A stretch of 64,000 bases of DNA from positions 1,054,001 to 1,118,000 of the forward strand of contig CM074823.1 in NCBI GenBank assembly GCA_037447605.1, in the 5' to 3' direction. Of this stretch, positions 1 through 11,132 are shown in pieces. The DNA is from Zygnema circumcarinatum SAG 698-1b. Taxonomy: Eukaryota > Plantae > Zygnematophyceae. The notes below the pieces were generated by a model. That model did not search any database and was not told the DNA's origin. It was given only the letters and a program-made list of their open reading frames with translations. The position numbers were made by a program, and so were the translations under genes. How positions within the stretch are numbered: position 1 is the first letter of the stretch; each line of letters opens with the position of its first letter.

Positions 1-114
1 CCTTCTCCCTCTCTCTCTCCTCTCTCCCTTTCTCTCCCCCCCTCTCCCTCTCTCTCTCCCCCCTCTCCCTCTCTCTCCCCCCCTCTCTCTCTCTCTCTCT
101 CTCTCCCTCTGCAG

Positions 115-226
115 GTCTTGGTCCCTTCCCAGCAAGGATACGACCTCGCAGTCGACATATGGAGCCTTGGCTGCACTGTTCTCGAAATGGCTACAGCAAA
201 GCCTCCCTGGTGGCCACTTGAAGGAG

Positions 227-284
<58 letters not shown>

Positions 285-295
285 CTCTCTCTCTT

Positions 296-332
<37 letters not shown>

Positions 333-3300
333 ACCAACTCATTCCATTTCTTCCTCCCGCAAGTCTGTGTCTTAAACTCAATTCTTCTAAAACCAACTGC
401 CCCATCATCATCATCATCTGCCATCTCCTCTGCCCCCGCTACCCCCCTCCCACCCTCGTTCTCTACCCCATCCCCACTTTTCCCCCTCCAACACTCCTGG
501 ACTTCCCTCTCCCTCTCCCTCTCCCTCTCCATCTCCCTCTTTCTCCCTTCCCTCTCGCTCTCACCCTTTAACCCTCTTCCTCCTTCCACCTTCCTCCTCA
601 ACCCCTCTCCCTCCCTACACTTCACCCACCCTTACCCGTTCCCCCCCCTCCCCCCACTCCTTCCCCCCCTCTGCCTTCCCCTGCACTCTTTATCCCTCCC
701 CCTTCCCCTCGCACCCCTCCCCTTTACCCCTTTCCCAAACTTTCCCCCTCCCTCCCCCCCTTCCCCTCCTTCCCACCACTCACTCACCCTCTCCCCCCAT
801 CCCCTCCCTCCCCTCCCTCTTCCCATCTCCCCCTCCCCCCACTCCCATCCCTCCCACCCTTCACTCACAGCCCCCCCCCTCCCTCCCATTTCTAACTTAC
901 TCATCACTCTCGCCCCCCCTCCCTCCCCCTTCCCCTCACTCTCTCCCTCCTCGCCCTTCCGCCCCTCCCCTCCCTCCCTCGCTGGCCTTTGTCACTCCCT
1001 CCCCTTCTCCCTCCCCCTATTTCTCCCTCCCTTCAATCACTCCTTCCCCCTCTCCCTCCGCCCCCCTCTCCCTTCGCCCTCCTCTCCTCCCTCCCTCCAT
1101 CCCCTCGCTCACTCCCTCCCCCTCTCCCTTTCTCCCCCTCCCCTCCCCTCCCCTCCCCTGCCTTCTCCTCCCCTGCCTTCTCCTCCCTCCCTCCCTCCCC
1201 TCCCTCCCCTCCCTCCCTCCCTCCCTCCCTCCTCCCTCCCTCCCTCCCTCCCTCCCTCCCTCCCTCCCTCCCTCCCACCTCCCTCCCTCCCTCCCTCCCT
1301 CCCTCCTCCCTCCCTCCCTCCTCCCTCCCTCCCTCCCTCCCTCCTCCCTCCCTCCCTCCTCCCTCCCTCCCCTCCCTCCTCCCCCTCCTCCCTCCCTCCC
1401 TCCCTCCCTCCCTCCTCCCTCCACCCTCCCTGCCCCTCCCCTCCCTCCCTCCTCCCTCCCTCCCTCCCTCCCTCCCCCTCCCCACCTCCCTCCCTCCCTC
1501 CCTCCCTCCCCTCCCCTCCCTCCCCTCCCCTCCCTCCCTCTCCCCTCCCTCCCTCCCCTCCCTCCCCTCCCCTCCCTCCCTCCCCTCCCCTCCCTCCCTC
1601 CCTCCCTCCCCTCCCCTCCCTCCCCTCCTTTCCTCCCTCCCTCCCCTCCCCCTCCCCTCCCTCCCTCCCTCCCCTCTCTCACTCCCTCCCCTCCCCCTCC
1701 CGCAGATTCAGGCCATGTTCAAGATCGCCCACAGCGAGGAGCTCCCCCCTCTCCCCGAGGACCTCTCCTCCGACGCGCGTGACTTTATCAAATGCTGCCT
1801 CCGCGCGACCCGCAATGCAACAGGCAGCAAGCTGTTAGAACACCCTTTCTAAGGGGGGAGGAAGCGGCAGGTGAGGGAGGAGGGGAGGGCAGAGGGGAGG
1901 GAGAGGGAAGAAGGGAAGGAAGGAGAAAGGGGAAGGCGAGGGGAGAAAGGGAAGGAGGAGGGAAGAGAGAAGGAGAAGAGAGATGAGAAAGGAGGAAGGG
2001 GAGGAAGGGAGGAAAGGAAGAAGGGAAGGAGGAAAAGGCGGGAAGGGGAAGAAAGGAGGGAAGGAAGGAGGGGAGAGGAAGGGGAGGGGGAGGGGGGAGG
2101 GGTGGGGATCGAGGAGGGGATGGGGAGGGAGGCGGGAGGAGGGGGAGGGGAGGGAGGGGAGGGGAGGGGAGGGGAGAAGGGAAGGGGGAGGAGGGGAAAG
2201 GTGAGGGTGAGAGGAGGAGTTAGTAGTAGTGTAAGAAAGACACAGAACAGGAGAGAGGGTAAGAGAGGAGGGTGGAGAGGAGGGAGTGGGATGGGAAATG
2301 GGTATGGGGAGGGGAAGGTAGAGGGAGTGGGAGAGGGGGAGAGGTGCAGGGGTTGAAGAGCGAAGAGTGGATAAACAGGATAGGGACGAGATGATTGGGG
2401 AGGTGGTGAGTAGGTGGGGAGAGGAGAGGAGAGGATAACATGAGAGAGAGAGGAGAGAAGTCTGACTCCCACTCTTCCCATGGGCCTCCTTGCAGGGATC
2501 ACTACCAACCACCCCTTGAAAACCCTCTCTCCTCTCCCTCTTCAGATTCCCTAAGTCAACCGCAGTCAACGCTGCTGCATGGCAAGCCCCAGTTATCCCA
2601 GGATTTCCATTTCCAGTTTGGTTTGCGGATTCCAAATCAGCGAGATTTCGGAGGGAGGAGGGGAGAGAGGAGGAGAGGAGAGAAGGGGAATATCAGAGAG
2701 GAGGAGAGAGAGGAGGAGAGAGAGGAGGAGAGAGAGGAGATAGAGGAGAGAGAGGAGGAGAGAGAGGAGACAGAGGAGGAGACAGAGGAGGAGAGAGAGG
2801 AGACAGAGGAGGAGAGAGAGGAGAGAGAGGAGGCGAGAGAGGAGGAGAGAGGGGAGGAGGGTATGGTGGGAGACAGCTCTCTCCCACTAGAAGTCAATAT
2901 GGAGGACAGCAGAGTGTTTCTGGAGTAGGTTTTACCCCTTCAATTTTTTCTCCAGAAAGAGGCTATGGGGGAGGGGGACACGTGTCACCTTCAGGGCAAT
3001 TCTCAAATCCAAGTGGGAATCATTTCCTGGGAAATTACTCCCCTCCCTCTCAACACCAGGCGCCTTAAGGTGGGTGCGGAGGAGGAGGATGTGGAGAGTG
3101 GGGGAGCCTGGGAGGAGGTGGGAGAGTGGGGAGTGGAGTGGGAGGAGTGTAAGGTGAAAAAAAGGGAGTGGAAGTGGGAGGGTGTGCAGGCTAAGTTTTC
3201 TTCTCAAAGGGAGATATGACAGTGAAATTCTCTCTCGGAATGGAAATGCAAGCAATGCTGTTCAGACAGTGCGAACAGGGGTTGATTTTAACGGGTTTGG

Positions 3301-4030
3301 GGGGGGAGGCTGGGGAGGGGGGATAGGCCCTCCCCCTGTGTCTCCCAGAGCGACCCGAATGCCCCGTCAAAGTCAAAGTCAAAGTCAAAGTCAAGGTCAG
3401 TCAAGTGGAGTCATGCCAAGTCCTCCACCCAGTCCTCCTAGGAGTCCGAGAAGACCTCCCTCTCAGATCGATAGTCACGGTTGGCTCTCTCCCTCTCCTC
3501 CCTCTCCCTTCTCTCCCTCCTCTCTCCCTCCCCCTCCCTCCTCTCTCCCTCCCCCTCCCACCTCTCTCCCTCCAGGAAGTATGAATTCAGCTCCGGAGAA
3601 TCTTATGTTAGAGTTAAGTCGAACTGCGGGATTCAGTTCACATGGAACTGCGTTGTCGAGTACAGGAAGGTCAATGTCGGAGCCGGTAAACATGTCAGTG
3701 AGAGAAGAGGGAGGGAGTGGGAGTGGGAGTGGTAGTGGGAGTGGGAATGGTAGTGGGAGTGGGAGTGGGAGTGGGAGTGGGAGTGGGAGAGGAGAGAGTG
3801 AGGGCTCTCCTGCTGACATTCTGCGAATTGCTTTGGGGAGGAGTGGAGAGAGTGGGAAGTTGGAGGTAGCGGAACCGAAGTTGTGGGGAGAGGGGGGAGT
3901 GAGAGAGAGGAACGGAGGGGGGGAGAGAGAGAGAGAGAGAGAGAGAGGAGGGTACAAGGAAAGCCTTCCAGTTCCGTTACTGGTAGCGGACAAGGTTTTT
4001 CCGTACGGCAGCGAAACAAGCCGGGCATAA
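115..4030 (+). CDS. MEKK-subfamily MAP kinase kinase kinase (YODA/MAPKKK-alpha-like), 3' part; 5' exons lie upstream of the window
   Basis: Exon 115-225 (cag|...|gtaat) reads [32 protein letters not shown] (kinase subdomain IX). The exon from 1706 reads [32 protein letters not shown]...KLLEHPF (X-XI), with apparent indels near 1800-1850. A Ser/Pro-rich tail ([14 protein letters not shown]) lies in ORF 3182-4030. Exon structure between 1870 and 3200 is uncertain. Confidence 0.8.
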
Positions 4031-5216
4031 GGTGAGAAGTATGGGGCTCTGCACACACTAAAAAAAGAAGGAAAAAAAAAAAAAGGATCTGGGAGGTTCT
4101 TAAAGAATAGGTTTTTGGGTTTTGAAGGTTTTATGCTGTTTTTATGGGCTAATTTTGGGATATTGTTGGGGTTATTTTCGGAAAAGGTTTTTAAAAGAGA
4201 TAAATATGTTTGGAAGAATTCTGAAGTTGAAAATTCTCTGGCCTTATGTGATGCAGAGAGGGACATTGTCGGCATCATCATCGGCTCCTCCAACATCACT
4301 TCGCTCTCAAGATGTGCCAAAAAAGGGCCAACAGTACGTGTGAACAAGAAGCAGTTCCATGCGGTTCCGTGCAACAGTTACCGTTCAGTTGCCGTTGCCT
4401 CGTGTCGGTCCGTACAGTCCCTTACAGTTCCGTTTTGCCCCGTTCCGTTGTTGGCGTCAACAGTCTCCTGCGAGCGATCCATGCGCTGTGCGCCTATGGT
4501 TGGATGTGGACCGTCGGATTAGATCTGGACCTTCAGATCGGATCTTGACCGTCAGCTTCGCTCTGGACCGTCAGATTGGATTGGATTGACCGTCTATTTT
4601 TAAGCCCTCTCCTTACCAAGTTCCCCTTCTGCCGAGGCGTAGGCTTAGACCTAGACCCTTGTCCTACTATGGAATGAAAGACGTTGAGATCCGAAACCCT
4701 AAACCCAAAACCCTAAATCCTACTCCTTGAACCTTTAGTCTTAAACCCCTTGAACTTAAACCCTACATCTGGACCCCTTAAACCCTAGGAATTTTCCAAC
4801 AAAGCAGTTCACTTGGGGAGGGCTCTACGACCAATATGTCATTTGTAGTTTTTTTGGGTTTTCAAACATTTATGGGGTTTTTAGGGTTTTAGGATTTTTT
4901 CAAGCTTTAGTTTTTGAGGGTTTAAAGGGGGACGGAGGCGGGGGTGCAAAGTTCTTGTGTTGAATGAATGAAAGCTGAAAGAAACCTTCCAGGCGGTCTC
5001 TCTCTCTCTCATTGGCTGTAGTGGTCGGGAACCTATCGTTTTCTGCCACGTGTCGGTTGGTTTCATGTGCATCTGAGAAGAGCAAGGTATTCGTCCAATG
5101 TGGAGGTGACACGTGGCATGGAATTTCCATTTCACCCCAATTGGAACTCGATGTATGAAATTCGAACATGGATGAACGGTTGGAGGTTTTTTTCATTAAA
5201 CTGGGTTTTCTAAAAG

Positions 5217-5666
5217 GGCGGTGACTATTTAAAGTGTACTTTATTCTGAATGTAGTGTACGATTTCACCGGGCAGCAAAAAAAGGTTTTTTTTGGCGAAA
5301 AAGGCTGTTTCACACTTTTCAGAATAGATACAGACCTTTTTTCGTCGGATGTACGGATAGTGATTTGAAATGTACGAAGCGCGCGCGTCTACAAGGTATA
5401 AGGGGGCAACACGTGGAGCGACATAATTGGTCGAGGNNNNNNNNNNCCTCGACCAATTATGTCGCTCCACGTGTTGCGCCCTTATACCTTGTAGACGCGC
5501 GCGCTTCGTACATTTCAAATCACCATCCGTACATCCGACGAAAAAAGGTCTGTATCTATTCTGAAAAGTGTGAAGCAGCATTTTTCGCCAAAAGAAACCT
5601 TCTTTTGTTGCCCGGCGAAATCGTACACTACATTCAGAATAAAGTACACTGTAAATAGTCGCACCC
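5217..5666. mobile_element. Mutator-like (MULE/foldback) TIR element; interior hidden in N gap
   Basis: About 220-bp imperfect inverted repeats (5217-5436 and 5447-5666) flank the gap. A perfect 9-bp direct repeat TTCTAAAAG sits at 5208-5216 and 5667-5675. Long G-starting TIRs with a 9-bp TSD are the Mutator signature. Confidence 0.8.
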
Positions 5667-6169
5667 TTCTAAAAGTACAAACTTGCGCAAAAAATTGCCA
5701 AGAGAGTTTGTGGCCCTCCGTACTGCTCTGCCGCGTAACGCGATCCCTAAGCAGGAGAAATTTGAGTGCTTATCTCGACCGTCCGATCCTGCGGACGATC
5801 GACCAATAAAATGTTAAAAGGCATATTCAATGTCAAAGTCAATATCGAAGTCTAACTATGACTATTAGTTTTTGCAATGATGATTAACCCCTTTCTTAGG
5901 CATTGGTTAGGTGACTTCTATATGTTCATCGTCGTATCGATCATTTCCCTGTCGTTATCGAGTCGGTAATCGTTGCCTTGACCTCTGATTTGGTCCAAAA
6001 ATGCGGCGAATCATTTGAAGGCTGACCGCTGATCATTTCGATTTTTGAGATTACCCAATCATTTGACGCCACGTCACTTTCATGACCCTACCGCTCAGGG
6101 CAGGGTCTCGAGAGCCAAGGCCCAAAGGTACCGTACATTTTGAGCAATTGTGCTGTCCTTTGCGAAATC

Positions 6170-6350
6170 CCGGCAGCCAATCAGAGCGTGGTTCTCGCCA
6201 CTCCAGCCAATCAAAGCGTCGACAGCAGCTCAAAGTATCGAAGCCGACACTCTCGAACAAGTCAGACGACCGTACGGACATGTCGGAGCCGTTCATGAAC
6301 GCGCGAAAGCCGATCCCTCGCTGGACTCTCTGCGCTCCCTCCCTCTCCTA
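6170..6350 (+). promoter_or_regulatory. Conserved upstream block of the S41-like family (copy 1 instance)
   Basis: Two GCCAATCA boxes and CGTACGGACATGTCGG(A/T)GCCGT(T/A)CA. Homologous blocks occur at ~14345-14510, 30760-30935 (rc), 42675-42875 (rc), 47341-47366 (rc) and 53880-53905 (rc). Confidence 0.55.
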
Positions 6351-6374
6351 TCCTCGCCCTCTGTTCCTCACAGC

Positions 6375-6870
6375 TCTCCCCTCTTCCTCTCCCTCTCCCT
6401 CTCCATCTTCCTCTCCCTCTCCCTCTCACTTTCCCTCTCCCTCTCCCTCTCCCTCTCCCTCTCTCTCCCTCTCCCTCTCTCCCTCTCCCTCTCCCTCTCC
6501 CTCTCCCTCTTCCTCTCCCTCTCCCTCTCTCTCCTCTCCCTCTCCCTCTCCCTCTCCCTCTCCCTCTCCCTCTCCCTCTCCCTCTCCCTCTCCCTCTCCC
6601 TCTCCCTCTCCCTCTCCCTCTCCCTCTGCCTCTCCCTCTCCCTCTCCCTCTCCCTCTTCCTCTCCCTCTCCCTCTCCTTGCCCTCTCCCTCTCCCTCTCC
6701 CTTTCCTTTTCCCTTTCCCTCTTCCTCTTCCTCTCCCTCTCCCTCTCCCTCTCGCTCTCGCTCTCCCTCTCCCTCTCCCTCTCCCTCTCCCTCTCCCTCT
6801 CCCTCTCCCTCCATCTCTCCCTCTCCCCTCTCCCTCCTCTCTCTTTCCCTCCTCTCCCTCCTCCCTCTGC
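6375..6870. repeat. (CTCTCC)n polypyrimidine tract directly upstream of the copy 1 ATG
   Basis: Hexamer repeat read directly from the sequence. Confidence 0.95.
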
Positions 6871-6881
6871 TCTTCCGCACC

Positions 6882-9800
6882 ATGGCGCGAGGAGGCACTT
6901 TCACCTTAAGCCTTTTCTTCGCCCTCTGTTCAGTGGTGCTTTCGGCGGCGGCCAAAAAGGACCTCTGCGCTCCGTTCGTGAACACGAATGAGACGACGTT
7001 CTCGGCTGACGTCGTGCGGAGTTGCTTCGGTCAGATTCCGTACAATGCTGACGTGGCGGCGAGCATGGTGGACTCCCTGAAGAAGGCGCTCGCCTTCATG
7101 CCGAGCGTCGACGTGGCGCTGAACTCTCCCACGAAGGAGCTCCCCCTCAAGGTCGACATTCGGAAGACCCTCACCGACATCGGCAAGAAGCAGTACAAGA
7201 GCGACCTGGAATTCAACAATGCGCTGCGTACTGCTTTCGATTCCCTGCGCGACCAGAACGTGGGGTACACGTCCTACTGTTACCCCTTCACCTCCGAGAT
7301 CGCGTTTCCGCTCGTTCTCTTCTGGAAGGACGGGCAGCCCGTCGTGCAGATCCGCCCGTCGTACAGTGAGCGCCGCCCCATCCCCTTCTTGCTCGCAGAT
7401 GTTTTGGCAATCTTGCCTTCTCAGGGTTTGGAAGTCGAAAAAAAATTGACATTCTAGAGTCTCGGTTTGGGTTGGATGTGTCCTGCTTTCCTTTTCATGA
7501 ATTGGAAGGGAGTCCTCGTATATAAATGCCATTCCTATCTCCTTTGGCTTTCGGAAGCTAGTCTCTTTCTCCCATTCCCTCTCTCTCCCTCTCACTCTCT
7601 ACTATAACCTCACATACACATGTCGACAGTTGTTATGATTTTTTTTCGTGCATGGCGGTTCTCAACATGCATGCATTCATGCTCATGTTGTTGTTGTCGT
7701 TGTTATTCATGCTCATGTTGTTGTTGTTGTTCATGTTGTTCTTGCTTTGCAGGCTCCCCGTCCGTGTACAACAAGACCTCGCTGAAGCTGAAGAAGGATC
7801 TGAGCCTCTTCGAATCCGCCGCGGTGGAGACCATCGAAGGCGTGCCCGCGTACGACTACCTTTTGTCCTTTGCGAACACGACGCAGGGCGGCTTCAAGGA
7901 CGTCAACGCGCGCCTCAACTCTCTCTTTGTCCGCCCGACCAATCTGTTCTCACAATCCGACGTATACCCATTTTACAGTGGAGGCTTTTCCTCTCGTCCT
8001 TATCTTGTGGAGAATGCCACGTTATCCATGCAAATCAGGAGGTGAGTACAAATTTTAATACGGTGATAGGGAGTGGAGCTAAAAGAAACAAATTGTCAGT
8101 GGCTTTTATAGAAATTGCGTGAGTTAAGTTTGAGCCGTACATATATTTGACAGGAAAGGGAGTTGGTTGAAGCTCTGTTACAATTTTTTGATGAAGTATG
8201 TACTTTCGAGCCCTTGACTTCCGTCAAGCAAATGCACGATACAAGCACTTTCCTCTTTTCGGTTCTTTGTTCTGTCATCACTCCTCAACTCCATACTGAA
8301 CGCTCATTGCGAGGTTGTTCTGCTGCCGTTATTCTGCTGCAGAGTGGGGCAAGCCAAGTCGGAGAAGCTCTCAGCTCCGTGGTACACAACTTTTCCTTAC
8401 GGTCCAATCTTCGACGATATCACGAGTTACTATAGATATAACTGCATCAACTCTCAGTTTTATGGTGGAGATTACGATTCTTCTAAAAGCTTATCGGATC
8501 GAAAGAGTGTATTCGACGATTCCTCTCGACAGCCAGAAGCGGACCCAATGGCAGGCTCCCAGCAGCCGGCTCTGACTGCAAAGAGCAAGAGCATGACTGG
8601 TGCTGAGCAACTCGTTGATGGAGTTGTTAGTGTAAGTGACCCCATTATATTGTTTCTATCCATGCATATCGATTGCTATGGATCTCCGTCTCTCCCTCTC
8701 CATTCGCCCTTCTCTTATTCTCTTACCATTCTTTCGCTATTTCTCCTCGTACCGACTGAAAACGTTCTTTCGTTGGATTCCCCACCTCCTTAATCTGAAT
8801 CTTTCTGGCTGTTACCCAGTGCTTCCCCTCCAGTCCCTCACCGTCTCCACCCCGCCACTTATCATATCTCTCTCTCACACACCTGCACTATTCGCCTGCC
8901 TTCTGATGCCCTACCCTCTCCCTCTATCTGTGTCCCTCGAACAATCCAAGGGTGTGCGCGCTGTGGCATAGTCCAATGCAATCCTCGCAAAACGATACAC
9001 GATTTTCTTACATGTACTCGTTTGAATGTGATGTCTGTGCATGCAGGCATGGCTTCTGCCGGACAACAAAACAGGAGTCCTTGTTATACCCGATTTCGGG
9101 CGGCGTACCTATTTCGATGAGTGGTACCCGAGCCTTGTTCTGAGCTTGGTCACATTGAAGTAAGCGTTTCGATTCTCCCCTTGTCCAATTGGCACTGTAA
9201 ACAGGTTTTTCAGCATGGCACATTTGACGTGATTGCATTGTCTAGTCACTCTATTACCCATCAATTCCAGAGAGCACAGAATTCGTATATGTCTCAAGCC
9301 AATGAAACCCTAACTCCATCTATTTGACGTACGTCCAGACGAGCTGCGAATCAAATCATCATCGACGTGGCTGACGCATCCGGCGGGTATTCGAGTCGAG
9401 TTGACGATCTCATTCAGTTCTTGTTCCCCTCTCTCACTTTCACTGCGTATCCGAGCGAGTTCAGAGCGACACGTCTCGCCAAACTAACTGTGAAGGCCGC
9501 CGTGAACGCAAACAAAACATACGGCTTATACGACTACAGTGCATATAGCGACTTGAATGGCCTGCCACTGACAGAGAAGAACTTCTTCTTTCCAGTCGTA
9601 TCTAAGACCTTCAACGGGAAGAAGGCGGATTATTCGAAGCAGTTGACTGTGTTCTATAAGTCCAATATTTTTCAGCCATCCAACCTAAAACCGCTTTTCA
9701 AGGCTGACGATATTCTTATCCTCACCAATGGCTTGTGCTACGAGAGGTGCGCGGAATTCATCTTCAAGGCGCAGGTACGTTGATCCCTTTATGTAGATCA

Positions 9801-10244
9801 TTGCCATCTTTCTTTGGCTCCGTTCGTCTTTCCTTATCTCCCTCTCTCTCTTTCCCCTCACCCTTGTACTCTGGTTTCAACCTCATGTCTCACTTTCTCA
9901 AGCTTTGTGTGCAGGAATTTGCGGGAGTGAAAAGTGTCGGTGTGGGAGGTATTCCCCAAAAGCCGATGGCCGTCGGAGGAGGCGTCATTGGCCTCAAATA
10001 TAACATCGACTCTCTTAGGTTTGACTTGTATTATTACAAATTACTCACTGACAAGGACGCCCCTTCGGACCCTCCTGTCCGTATAAATTTGGAGTTCCCC
10101 ATCCTCCAGTCGTACTGCAAGGCGAGCTCTGCGATTCCCGCGGACTTCGTCTTCAAGGCCGCGAATTACCGCTTTGACCACGCGGCCGAGACGGTCCTGG
10201 ACAGGCCTGCCACGTGGGCGAAGGCGGCGGAGTCCTTTGCTTGA
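6882..10244 (+). CDS. Secreted fungal-type S41 peptidase-like protein, catalytic residues replaced; copy 1 (646 aa)
   Basis: Six GT-AG exons: 6882-7365, 7753-8041, 8343-8631, 9047-9159, 9339-9774, 9915-10244, totalling 1941 nt in frame. Signal peptide [24 protein letters not shown]. Motifs [65 protein letters not shown] and [13 protein letters not shown] match the S41/CPAF-like series in order. Confidence 0.85.
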
Positions 10245-11132
10245 AGGACGAGGACATCTTCTTCTTCGTCTTCTTCTTGTCCAAGGAGGGGGTCGGTTTG
10301 CGCTTTGAGAGATGGCGCAACTCGGGGTTGCAAACTGGCGGGTGGGTTAAGGGTTGGGGCTTTTAGGACACGTGGGTAAGACTTCAAGAAAATTCTACAT
10401 TCTACATTCTTCAAAGTTATTGTACGTGGGTGTTCGATCGAAAACCATTGAAAGAGCTTCATTTTGAAATTGTCGTCTCTTCAATGCGCACAATGGTGTC
10501 AAATGATTTCAGTTTTTTTGGGGATGGGATGAGAAGAGAGACTCTCATGTACAAGTTAGCATGGCGTCAAAAACCCAAGCCCCTACAATCCCTACGAACC
10601 CTTAAACTCTAAAGAGCTATCACACCAGCAGCGCCCCACGAGGCACTCGCTCTCTTTGCAAATCGCAGCCCTCCCAATCCTCCCTCGTTCCAAGCCTTAC
10701 ACCCAAACGCCCACTCGCCTTCGTGACGCAAACCTGTCACGTCACGCAGTCACTTGGCCGTACGTACGTACGGCTCGTCCATATTGGAGCGCCACACGTC
10801 GTTTCCCTATTGGTTGTTGGCTTCAGCCAGAGGCCGTACGGCCGACCGTTATTTCCGTTGACCTCTTTTATATATCAGGGAGAGTCAGACCTTGATCATC
10901 GCCAAATCAATTTCGTAGACCTGTGGGGCGAATTAAGCATTGGCTAGGTACGCATTTCGGTACGGCTGGGCTCGGAGGAGCTGCGGATCCCGAACCGAAA
11001 TCGTACACGAAAGAAGTGACTTGTACTTTAAGGAATTCGGGAATTTCGTAAGCGATGGTTAAGTTTCTGACTCCCCCTAATAAAAGGGTAGTCCTAAATT
11101 CACATGTTTTTGTCTACACACAAACCTTTTTT

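Noticed and set aside
1795-1852. Frameshifts and an early stop in MAPKKK subdomain XI suggesting a pseudogene
   Set aside because: The expected residues (RDP, KLLEH, PFL) are split across frames in a small island between homopolymer-rich tracts, so consensus error is more likely. Read-level checking is needed.
191-2500. Long Pro/Ser/Leu and Gly/Arg/Glu ORFs (also 14405-15841, 24595-25743, 57016-57668, 61116-61748)
   Set aside because: These are translations of stop-free intronic or UTR microsatellites, not proteins.
6930-7595. Antisense ORFs recurring over exon 1 of each copy
   Set aside because: Shadow ORFs of GC-rich coding sequence, repeated only because the sense genes are near-identical.
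7620-7752. Cys-rich metallothionein-like N-terminus ([10 protein letters not shown]) in frame with exon 2 (also copies 3, 7, 8)
   Set aside because: It is a TGT/CATGCT repeat of variable length in intron 1, ahead of a canonical, phase-compatible CAG acceptor.
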